Shown piece after piece: positions 53,676 to 64,000 of a stretch of DNA of 64,000 nt (the first letter of the stretch is position 1; every line of letters begins with the position of its first letter). The translations under genes and the position numbers were made by a program. Under the pieces are notes generated by a model that did no database searches, was not told the origin of the DNA, and saw only the letters and a list, made by a program, of their open reading frames with translations. Source of the stretch: Tubulanus polymorphus (taxonomy: Eukaryota; Animalia; Nemertea). The stretch is from the NCBI RefSeq assembly GCF_964204645.1, contig NC_134028.1, positions 20,890,345-20,954,344 of the forward strand, written 5' to 3'.

Positions 53676-54752
53676 TCATTTTTCTTTTATCGGTACCCGT
53701 TGTTCGCGACAAACGTTGCCTAAAATATCAAAAGCTACTTTTCTAAATCTTTCATCCGTCGCGCAATACACGATGAAATTTACCGACGAATCGACGATAG
53801 AAAATCCCAGCGCTATCAGGCTCATACCCGATATGGCGGGGATATGGTTTAAATTCATTAAACGATCGATGAATCCAAAACCTTCACAAAAGATGAACAA
53901 CAAAACTACTGATAAAACCATTCTTAAAACCCTTATTTCCCTTCTAGACGTTTCATCTGTTACACCGAGCACTGAACGTCGATTAAGCCGATCCAAAAAT
54001 ATTGCCGAAATAAGAATAACATTGATAACGACTAAGGCACATATTGGGATTATAACAGTAAGATACATGAAGAGAAAGACCCTAGAAATCTCGGATCGCC
54101 ATCTGTATTGTTTAAACCACTCGGGGTAGTCATAATACTTAATACGTATTGTCACATATGGCCACTCAACCGGGCAATCCATAAATCCAAGTTGTTGGTT
54201 AGGAATGAAACGAATGAAATGGCCAAAAAAACTTAAAAGTGAAATAAACGCCATTGCGCATTGTGAAATTAACTTCTTGGGCAAGTTGCGGGATTTAATA
54301 GGGAATAATACAACGATTAACCGCTCTAGACTGAGCAGTACAGTACACCAGTTACGCGTCATCTGAAGTATGTAGAAAAATGGCAAAGCGACTGAAATCA
54401 AAATCCAACCGAAATTCCAATCGTTCTTGCGAAATATAATATCTCCCAAAACGACGAAAACGTACGCAGTTCTCAGCGGATAAAGAATGAATGTAGCGAT
54501 CATAAAGAAAAGATCGTTTAGAGCGAGAATTTTGATGAGAAAATAGTTATCAGATTTAAACCGTTTTAGAACTAATAACGTGAATGCGTTGAATATTAAA
54601 CCCAGTGTAGACGCCGGTAGATACCAGCCTAAATATACAGCAACATTGAGTTTGTTCATCCATTGAACAGGGAGAGTTTTGATTCTCTGGCACACGTTGA
54701 GCTGCGGTGTAGTCAATGCAGGACCCGCGTTTGTAAAGTTTTCGACGAGCAT
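53676..54752 (-). CDS. GPCR C-prime: inverted, older paralogue of GPCR C, 358 aa
   Basis: Intact ORF, clearly more diverged from GPCR C than the tandem copies are from each other. Flanking homology spans ~53660-55005. Confidence 0.9.
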   Translation of the reverse strand: MLVENFTNAGPALTTPQLNVCQRIKTLPVQWMNKLNVAVYLGWYLPASTLGLIFNAFTLLVLKRFKSDNYFLIKILALNDLFFMIATFILYPLRTAYVFVVLGDIIFRKNDWNFGWILISVALPFFYILQMTRNWCTVLLSLERLIVVLFPIKSRNLPKKLISQCAMAFISLLSFFGHFIRFIPNQQLGFMDCPVEWPYVTIRIKYYDYPEWFKQYRWRSEISRVFLFMYLTVIIPICALVVINVILISAIFLDRLNRRSVLGVTDETSRREIRVLRMVLSVVLLFIFCEGFGFIDRLMNLNHIPAISGMSLIALGFSIVDSSVNFIVYCATDERFRKVAFDILGNVCREQRVPIKEK

Positions 54753-55479
54753 CCGCCAATCTGTACGCGACCAAGGTCCAATCGAACTGTGGTATCCACG
54801 ACACCTTCCAAAAACACATCCAATTAGTTATGACGATAGGATAGAACGTCCACGGAGTAATTGATAGCTAATTAGATTATTCTATCAGTTCATCGGTATG
54901 TGTAAAATTTCCCATTAATGATATCATTTTTTTTTCATCTACCGTCGTGAATATAGTAGTACGTACATTCATTATCAAATACATATAGAACGGGCGTAGT
55001 TTATGATTAAGTTTATCGAAGCTTTTGCGGTACAGGGTGCGTATTTAGCGTATTTGGGTGACATTCAGTTTATTCATTTATTTATTGCAGAAATGAATTG
55101 CAACTGTTTGTAAAATGAGGCTATCAATACATAATCGATCCTATGGCTACGAAGGGCCCAAGTGTAGAATACGGGGTAACAGTGCAAGTTTTGAAGACGC
55201 TACAGTGGATTGGATTGATATTTGGTTTATACGCATTTCTACCCCAGATACATCTTCAGAAAAAAACTGGACCTGTCGGTATCAAGATGGCCGACTGGCG
55301 AGTCTACATATCTAGCCAATCAGATGCGATTTTACCGGCACGAAGTTTGCTCTATAAATACCGCGCATCTGATAGGCTAGACTGGTGGGCGCTGAGCGGG
55401 AACCTGTCCGCCCAAGAAATCGTGGGCGATGTAATAGACCAACGAACGGTTTTCGAATCGGCCAGGGTTTGTGTTGGCG

Positions 55480-55790
55480 GCAACCCGTTATCGCTGCTTT
55501 GCAGTTATATTCGAGATTCTTCATTCCAGAGAAATTTTGATATCGCTCCTATTTTAGAAGATTCGATGAGATGCCATCTTAACCCCATTTGCCTCAGCGA
55601 TTATACAACGAGCAATCTGATTGGAGCCGCAAGTTTTAGCGCGGCAAAGCTGCGCGTGTACCTGCACACCCGGTCTACCCGGTGGCAGGGTTTCGTGCCG
55701 TGGCCGAGTGCAGCGATGCCATCAGGTTCGAATCCCTGCCGAGAGAAGATGTCTTAACCCGAAAGTATCGAGTATAAACGAGTAAGCAAA
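55480..55790 (+). repeat. Dispersed repeat, second copy at ~56492-56633; this copy has 166 extra bp between TCTTAACCC direct repeats
   Basis: aacccgt.atcgctgctttgcag...ccatcttaaccc is shared. Direct repeats at 55577-55585 and 55752-55760. The extra segment holds TGGCCGAGTG and GGTTCGAATCC (Pol III box A/B-like). Confidence 0.55.
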
Positions 55791-57050
55791 TAGAACGCCC
55801 TATAGGCCTACGTGTTTGACCTTGTTTGACATGCGTCGAAAATGTAAAATGGAACCCCAATGAAGTTCATTACTTGTTCCTTATTCCTTGTTCCGTTACT
55901 TATTGAGAATTCATCTCCCAATAAGGAACAAGTAATTATTACGGTATTTCGTGATGATGCAATGAAAGCCCTGATAGATCTCAATAAAATGAAAAAAAGA
56001 ATTACTTCCACAACTAAAACTCTTTTGTTTTATTCACAGTTTAGTCAATGATGCAATTTTAGTTCCATCACCTGACAATATGTGGGCGTTAACCCATTTC
56101 CTCGTCACCTGTTTTCACCAGAACCGTACATGAACCCTTATCACAAACAATAATATCGAGCAGAGCAAATATGTCTGCTGACCATGAGAATTTCAAACTC
56201 CCCCGGTCTGCTCTCCTCTACTATGTCACTTTCTGCCTATCCCGAAAAAAGTTACGGATTTAGATGATTCTTACATCAATATACCTTTCCAACAATCTTA
56301 AACTTTCATTTTGTTTGTTGATTACATTTATGATTTTCGGCTGCTAAAATGCTGTAGAACACATTTCCATCTATCTAATAACAGAATATTCTAATCATAA
56401 AAATTGCTCCAGTTACATTTCTCAGTATGTTTGGCATCTCCGGCAATGATGTTTTCCATTTCAATCCCTTCGGATGACATGTGAAAGGCAGAAAACCCGT
56501 CATCGCTGCTTTGCAGCTATATGTGTAATTCTTCATTCCAGCAGGGCAAGTTTGATATCGCTCCTAGCTTAGAAGATTCGAAGAGACGCCATCTTAACCC
56601 GAAAGTAACTCGGGTATGAGCGAGTAAGCAAATTAGTTCGGGGCTAGATTGAATTCTTTTGTTCATCACACTTGTACGCGGTATATCTGGAAACGATATT
56701 AACTCATTCGACAGGTTTTTAACAGTCTAATACACTCAAAACACGATATTAAAACCAAATAGAAATAATGAAATCAGATAAAAGTAACTAAATTTACACT
56801 TAATTTCGAATACACTATTTGGCTTTAATATCGTGTTTGGAGTGTATAAGACTTGTGAAGTGTATCAAATATCAAATACCTGCCTATGACGTCACCAATC
56901 CTAGTAAAATGGATCGAAAGTGCGTACAGTAGTCAAACGAAAAGATCCGACGCTTCTCATTTTCATAGTAAATTCAAATTGAAACTCCGTTGACGAAAAT
57001 GACTTAAACATAATGTTTCCGTTATTCCTCCTTAGGTTTAGTTGTTTATT

Positions 57051-57600
57051 CCTAACCTCTATCCTGTAACATGTTACCTGTAAGCTCTAACATGTTAGCT
57101 CTAACCTGTTAGCTCTAACATGTAAGCTCTAACCCGTAACCTCTCAAACCGGTAACTTTCAACCCGTAACTTTTTTCCTGTTACTTGTAACATGTAATCT
57201 CTAAACTTTAACTTGTAACATGTACCCTCTAAACTGTAACTTGTAACCATTACTTCTTACTTGTAACTTTTAGTCTGTAAACACTTACCTGTAACTTGTA
57301 ACCTCTAACCTCTAACCTGTTAAGTGTAGCATAAAACCTCTAACGTGTAACTTATAACCTGTAACTTTTTACCTGTAACTTGTAGCCATAACCTCTAACC
57401 TGTAACTTGTTACTTGTAGTCTGTAACAACTAACCTATAACTTGTAACATAACCCCTAACCTGTAACGTGTAGCATATAACCTGTAACCTATAACGTGTA
57501 GCATATAACTTGTAACCTGTAACTTGTAAACTGTAACTGTAGCCCATTAACTGTAGCAGGTAGACTGTATAGCCGGTAACCTGTACCTTGTAGCCTGAAT
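57051..57600. repeat. Degenerate 7-bp minisatellite (TAACCTG/TAACTTG)n
   Basis: Continuous cctgtaa/cttgtaa/ctctaa units. Confidence 0.9.
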
Positions 57601-57649
57601 GTAATTTCAAGATAGCCGCAAGCAGCCACAGAGAATTTCTCTACCGTTA

Positions 57650-57940
57650 AACTGACCCATTCTTACTGTATATAACCGACTCACCCTTACTGTAACCGGT
57701 CCTCCCTTACTGTAACTAACCCACTGTTACTGCAGCTGAACCATTCTTATTTTGAATTACTAACCTATTCTTGCTGTAAATGATTCATTTTTACTGTACT
57801 GTAACAGACTCATTCCTAGTCTAACCATGACTTATTCCTACTGTTACTGACGCATTCATTCTTTGTCACATACCCATTCCTCTTGTCACATACCCATTCC
57901 TTATGTAACTGGCCCATTCTTATTCATTGACCTATTCCTA
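57650..57940. repeat. Degenerate ~20-bp minisatellite (CCCATTCTTACTGTAACTGA-like)
   Basis: Recurring ccattc..actgtaac units. Confidence 0.75.
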
Positions 57941-58072
57941 GTTATCCCTATCAATCTTTCGAATACCGCTAACCACAAAATATAGATGCAATTATATTTA
58001 ACTCGCGAATCAGATGTTTCATCTCATCAACAACTGTCGACAGGATCTCATATAGTATATCGATATTGCGTG

Positions 58073-58225
58073 TATTGAGATGAGAGTTATCAGATGATAT
58101 TGAGATTACAGTTATTAGATGATATTGAGGTCAGAGTTGATTGATGATATTGAGATGAGAGCTAATAAATGATATTGAAATTATATTTATCAGATGATAT
58201 TGAGATTATCGAGTTTTTAGATGAT
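58073..58225. repeat. ~25-bp tandem repeat (GATGATATTGAGAT..AGTTATCA)
   Basis: About six copies of gatgatattga at ~25-bp spacing. Confidence 0.8.
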
Positions 58226-58436
58226 ATAAATGCATCATCGAATCATGCATTCAGATAATCTGTATGTAGCCGCTGTTCGAAATAGAACCACATTAGTATA
58301 GTTCGGTAAGGTAGGTTCATATCAAAGCTGTTTTAGTTGTAAAGTTACCCTGTTGTTAAGTTGGCCTGTTATAGTTGTATTGTAAGCTTGTTAGTTGTTT
58401 ATTGTACTATTCAGGTTTAAAGCTGAACCCGTCATA

Positions 58437-59641
58437 ATGAAGTTGATGTTGAGTTTGATGTTGATGTTATTTGTAACCCTGCAGCTCTGTAAGGCCGCAG
58501 TCGGAACCACATCCGAAGGTTAATGATACAATCAACGAGATTTAAGTTTTCATATATTATTTCACTGAACTAACAACATGCATTATTAACATTGATATCA
58601 GACTGGGAGTTGGTATTTCTTGCCGATCAAGGAACTGGAGATCATGTCTATACTAAATGGGTAGACCCACCGAGCAACCATGCACAAGAGGACACATCAT
58701 GCGCATGCGAATGGAGGCAACAGCTACCTTGTAAACACTGCACTTGGAAAAGTGATCAAGTCGACGCTTGGGCTAACGTGAATGAGGTGACGGAAGCTCA
58801 ACACAAGTCAAATTAGATTGCTGAATTTCAAATTCTCTAATTTCACTGTACAATTGAACTGTGTCATGTTTTTATTGGAATGTTGTTGCAGGTGAAAGTA
58901 GTTTATTATGCAAATTGTAAAGAGGTTGCGTTCATCGTGTTTAATGCCGTAGGTACAGATAAAATGAACTGGTTTAACGTTACCAAGGTTACGGACAGTT
59001 CCTGGACTTTCCTCGGTTCTTCTTCCTACGTGAACCAGTTCTTTGGGATAGGTGGAGAGTAAGTTATAGGAAATTACTCCTAACCGTCCCTAAACCGATA
59101 GGTAACCCTAGCTCCACCCCTCTCTAGAATCAAAATCAGACCTTAATTAATTCTACACTTGATTAGTTCCATTTGCTTTTGTTAAGAGTCAGTGTATATT
59201 TTAGAAATCCCATATCTAGCAAACAAAATCGCCAATAGGGACTAGCGGCACTTGCAGGGACTAGCAGGACTAACTCCTAAAATTCACATCTACAGACCGG
59301 CTAACACACAAAGATTCTACGCAGTTCAATCTTATAACGGCTGTGAAGAAGATTGGACGTGGATGGCGGTGTTTGATCCCGGTACCCATGGCCCGTGCGA
59401 TTACGATCAAAGACCTCTAAGTGTTCCTTATTTCCTCTATAACCCGACAAACGCTACAAACTTCGTTCGTAAGTAGATAAAATGCACACGACTTTCTAAA
59501 ACTTAATGTTTTATTTTTATCATATTATAATTTGTTCTAATCATATTATAATTTATTCTAATCATATTATTTTCAGGTACTGATCAACTGTTGGTCGCCG
59601 ATACGATTGCGATTTATATCAAACATAGAAATTCCTGTTGA
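58437..59641 (+). CDS. Secreted Trp/Cys-containing protein of unknown function, 5 coding exons, 223 aa
   Basis: Phase-consistent exons 58437-58518, 58602-58786, 58892-59058, 59296-59468 and 59577-59641. Signal peptide MKLMLSLMLMLFVTLQLCKA. AATAAA at ~59647, probable 5'UTR intron 58306-58414, TATAAA at ~58225. Confidence 0.85.
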
Positions 59642-59816
59642 TGACGAATAAAAAGTCGATCGAATCATTATTCATTAATTTTGTTTATCGTTATATTTTG
59701 TATCTGTTTTTCTCGATGACATCAGCGACACTATTAATCTGACATTCCAAATTTTGCCTGAAGACTTCAGCCCGATCGGTCGATTCCTGTCTGGTAGTGG
59801 TGAGCGTTCCGTTCTT

Positions 59817-59940
59817 TGCCAACTAGTGAGGTTTGGCAATGAGGATTGTGCCAACTAGTGAGGTTGGGCAGTGAGGATATTGTGCCAACTAGTGAGGTTG
59901 GGAGTGAAGATTGTGTGCCAACTAGTGAGGTTGGGCAGTG
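59817..59940. repeat. ~32-bp tandem repeat x4 (TGCCAACTAGTGAGGTTGGGCAGTGAGGAT)
   Basis: Four adjacent copies of tgccaactagtgaggtt. Confidence 0.9.
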
Positions 59941-60801
59941 AGCCAGGAACCTGCCAGGATATATGATTGAAACCACAATTCGAGTAAGAAAGTTAACCCC
60001 GTTCGTGAAACCAGGGGGACTAGTATCATGATCCTTACATTCACAATTCCATGCCATATTTGCAGGCATTTATCTCAGTTCCGGAACATGAGCCAGCTGG
60101 CCGCCGCGCAGTAAAAGCGGAAAACGAAGCGATACGCTGTTCACTTGACATCAACTCAATCGACATCCCCGAGCCGGTTTACTACTTTCGGATTTTCATA
60201 AACTTTACTCGCCAGTCCGAACGCGCTCTGAACGTAGAGGCCTACGCCACGAACCGGCCTTTATCGGGACTGGGTGAATGGTGGCAATGCTCGGCCTTGT
60301 TCAGTTAATTTTGGACTAGGTATGCTGAGTCCCAGGAAGTCTCGTAAATTGCAACCCCGATTTTGAAATCAGCAAATGGTGACGTAACCTTCGTCAACTG
60401 ACTGAATCAGAATTTAGAGATATTGAATGTATCGCAAAACTGCCGTTAACTTATGAGTCAAATTCAACATTTGAAACGCATCAGCAGTGAACTTCAGATT
60501 GTAATGGATATTTCTATAGATCACCCGCGTGAGCTAATGTGTGTGTTACTGTGTCGATGTGTTACTGTTCGTCTCCGTACTGTACTGTTCTGTGTTCATA
60601 AATCCGTTCTATTTTTCGGCTTCTTATCCGTAATATTTTTCAGGGCCGATTTCTCTGTCGATTTTCAACGTTCTATGGAACAAAACTAATGTCCGAAAGC
60701 GTCGGTTCCTTCGCCGGTCATGTGCAGACGATGTCAGAAAAAGAGTCGGTCAGGACATGCTGCGATGAAAGGATGCTACAACAAGACGATATTGAACTCG
60801 G

Positions 60802-61078
60802 CAATCTTGAGAAAGTTAAGTTGATACACGTGTAAATTACAATTAAGCAGAGAATTGTGTGACTACAGAATGTTGTTCTTTTACTAATTTCAGGTAAACT
60901 TAATCTGAACAGTTTCACCATGATTAAGAAGATGACGGAGACACCATAGGACGATGAAAAAGGATGCTTGGCAACCTTAAGAAAGTTAAGTTGATACACA
61001 TGTCAATTACAATTATTCAAAGAATTGTGTGACTACAGAATGTAATTCTTTTACTCATTGCAGCTAAACGTGAATCTG
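60802..61078 (+). repeat. Direct repeat pair (~105 bp), each resembling a short intron
   Basis: ggcaa.ctt.agaaag|ttaagttgatacac...tgtgtgactacagaatgt..ttcttttact.att.cag occurs at ~60802 and ~60971. Confidence 0.7.
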
Positions 61079-63136
61079 GAAAGGCCCAGCGTGAGATACA
61101 TTTAGATCCTACCGACCAGAAGTGACCACCGAAGACTCCAGCTTGAAATTGACATCGACAAAACACCAAGAGACCTTTCGAAACTGAACCTGGCAGTCTT
61201 GATAAAAAACTCAATTGATTTATCATTTCTGGGTTTGCATCAAGGGCAGGATGCGTGTAGCACTGGAGAGAACAGAGACGGTGGTGAAGTTCTCAATTTT
61301 TCTCAACTTTAATATAGACTGATTGAAGATAGAAGTTCTGTGGCCGGTGGTTATTAGTGGGTTGAAATCTAAAACAATCATCGCTCTAATATTACTCGTT
61401 AGGTCTCATATGAATATTCTTGGCTGAGTATTGAAGTGTAGATAGGCCAGTTATTAATCAACAGATTTTTCATAATCGTATGTACAATAAGTATCTTATA
61501 GTATCAAAATATTTTCTAGTGTAGACATTTCGCGCCTCAACAATGAAAATATAAATAGGAAAATATTCTAATTGACCAATCGCTTAGATATTAAATATGA
61601 TTCTAATAAAGTTGGATACGAAATTATTGGTAGATATTTCAGGGCCTGCTGAAATATACATGCAGGCAAATTTTACCTGTTAAGATCAGACAGCGATAAA
61701 CTAGTTATACATATATTATTTATCAATTAAAGTTTATCGTCGGTTAATAGATTATTTTTGCAAATACTATATCGATACTTTTAGAAGATTGAGGTAATAC
61801 TTTACACCACTTGTCGTGTGCTGTTTTACCATTTTCATAAATGGATTTCTCGGCGGATATAGTGTCTAGGGCAATATCGAGATCTGGACGTATCGGCCCC
61901 ACTCCCCGCGGTGGCGCCACCCCGCGGGATTTACGCGAAGCAGCTGAACACAAACACGGCCATTCTCTCAATTTTCAATGATAGAAATCGTGTGTGCATT
62001 TCAATTATTTCGGTTGTTAGGGTTTTAAGGCACAATATAAGTTGACGATGTGATATGGCGATGTTAATTAATGATAATTCCGCAGTGAAGCTAGTCACGA
62101 ACGGTGCCGATTGAGTGTACAGCTGCCAAAAACACTGAAATGTGCGTAGTTGCGTAACTATTTGCAGTGAATTGCAGACGAAACATGAAGCCTTAACGGC
62201 CGTTTAAAACAAAATTATACCAATCGCAATTGTAAAATAAAAATGAGATAGAACCTAAGTTAAAATTCTGGCCATTTCTAAAATGTTATTGATTATTATT
62301 ACTAATTTTTAGTCAGTGCGGAACGTTTAGTTTTCCAACAATAATGAGGGGTGGTAGGTAGTCATGCAATTCAAGTCATCATTTATTACACGTTACTTCC
62401 GTGTTGTTGAAAATCTCGCGAGTCCTGGACTAAACCCCAATGAACAATGTGATCTGTGTGCTGGCCACCAAAATGCACACAGATCACACTACACTACCCA
62501 TTACACACTCCAGTACCCACGGCTTTCATATATCCATCCAAATATTTAGTGGCTTTCTTCCTGGGTATTACATGTGGGGAAGTAGACTTAGGGTATAGTT
62601 GCTATATGTGATTTTAGAAACCGTAATTCGGTCTCTACACCTTGACGAATTCGAGATAAACCAAAGCTTTAATTGATTCATTTCGTGTTAGTCGTGTTTG
62701 GATGAAGTATAATGATTAACCAACGGTTAGAATATAGCTAGGACACATTAGGACAATTAGCCAATTACTTAATATCTAGTGAATTCAATATCTAAGATTA
62801 AAAATTATTTTCATGTTATTGTATATAGATATTATCAAACTGATAAGATATAGCTGACAGATATGTATTTCAACACATTTATTTGTATCTAAGTGAATCC
62901 ATCACATCCATCTACTAGTTTATTAGGATGGTCTGCCTCAAAAGATGTTCTTTTTTCTTATTTCAGCTAAACTCTATCCTGGAAATAATGGTCCTCAATT
63001 GGTAAACGACAACCAAAAGTAGACGACGACTGATGCCGATGAAAACTGATGATGTCCAGATGAGAAGTTGAGGAGCCAGCAGCAGCGAGTTACCGCCCAA
63101 CGATGGATTTCTTCAACAAGGTGGTGGATTTCTACA

Positions 63137-63358
63137 AACATTATGATTCAGGAGCTGCAGTAGCGGATCTTATAAACACTCGAGGAGCAGCGTGGACAAT
63201 AGCGCATCTTAAAAACACTGATCAAGGAGCAGCAGAGACAATAGTGTACATAAACACTGATTCCGAAGGAGCAAAGATATTAGTCCATCTTATAAACACT
63301 GACTCAGGAGCAGCTAGTGCATGTTATAAACACTAAGGATCAACATAGACAATAGTGG
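63137..63358. repeat. Degenerate ~40-bp tandem repeat (ATAAACACTGATTCAGGAGCAGC..)
   Basis: About six aaacact/aaacatt...ggagcagc units; explains the periodic ORF 63103-63336. Confidence 0.75.
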
Positions 63359-64000
63359 ACTTCAAAGTATAGTCAAGTAATGATTTACGTATTTATACTC
63401 TTCATACTTGTACATACTGGTCTAGTCAGATATGTAGTTCACGAAATTTACCAGATCACAGACTACTTGTTGGTAGTGGTATAGAACAGAGTATGAATCA
63501 TTTAATGAAATTGAAGTTAGGATAATTAGGGTTCTGTGGTCTTAGAAGGAACTATCTACGTTTGAATATTTCAATAAAATCCCATCCAAATACTGTATAT
63601 TGATTGGGTGAACTATTTTCGAGAGGACTAATGAATTTGTTTAGTCATTCTGTTTTGTAATCTGATTTAAGTTCCTTCTTAGTCTCATAAAATCTAGCTG
63701 CATGACTTTGATCTTTGCTCCCAGATAGATTAGTTAAGTTTAGGTTGGTGACGCTGTTTAATTGATCGCATCCACTGCCTAGTTTCAACTCATAGGTCGG
63801 TTGAGTTACGCCTTAACAGAGATATCATATCAACATGATATTGGGAACTTAAGTTCAGATAGTTTTTGATACTTTTGAGCATAGTTTTGAATGATTTATG
63901 ATAATGATGACATATAAACCTGTATGAATTGGTCTTTTAGTCTTCTATCAACCTATCTCAGAAATAGTGGTTCATTTCATATTTCCTTAGTATGATAACG

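Noticed and set aside
55695-55745. tRNA gene
   Set aside because: Box A/B-like motifs are present but no anticodon arm or acceptor stem can be built.
55143-55757. 204-aa ORF
   Set aside because: Runs across a dispersed repeat and its indel, with no recognisable domain.
57051-57600. Interstitial telomeric repeat
   Set aside because: The unit is a degenerate 7-mer (TAACCTG/TAACTTG), not TAACCC or TAACC arrays.
59817-59940. CRISPR-like 32-bp periodicity
   Set aside because: Units are contiguous tandem copies with no unique spacers.
63103-63336. 77-aa repetitive protein
   Set aside because: It coincides with a degenerate ~40-bp tandem repeat whose units vary in length; no independent coding evidence.

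Overview
AT-rich animal genomic DNA with short GT-AG introns, probably an invertebrate (inference); it is not prokaryotic and has no CRISPR array or rRNA. Bases 1-52.7 kb are a recent head-to-tail segmental amplification. It comprises the tail of one copy (1-1518) and three full copies: 1519-21157, 21158-37073 and 37074-52703. Each unit carries the last two exons of an SLC22-type transporter, single-exon class-A GPCR A, an 8-exon BMPER/Crossveinless-2-like gene on the minus strand, GPCR B, GPCR C and several TE relics. The BMPER-like protein appears to lack VWC1, the GDPH autocleavage site and the TIL domain. Copies differ by private lesions: GPCR B is broken differently in all three, GPCR C is frameshifted in copy 1, and the BMPER-like gene has a nonsense codon in copy 3. 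Copy 1 carries a 3.5-kb RTEX-like LINE with a 6-bp TSD, and copy 2 carries a (TA)~80 expansion. Minimal hammerhead-ribozyme motifs sit in Penelope-like repeats. Right of the array are an older inverted paralogue of GPCR C, minisatellites and a 5-coding-exon secreted protein gene of unknown function. All alignments, exon models and family calls were made by eye without database searches, so TE boundaries are approximate.
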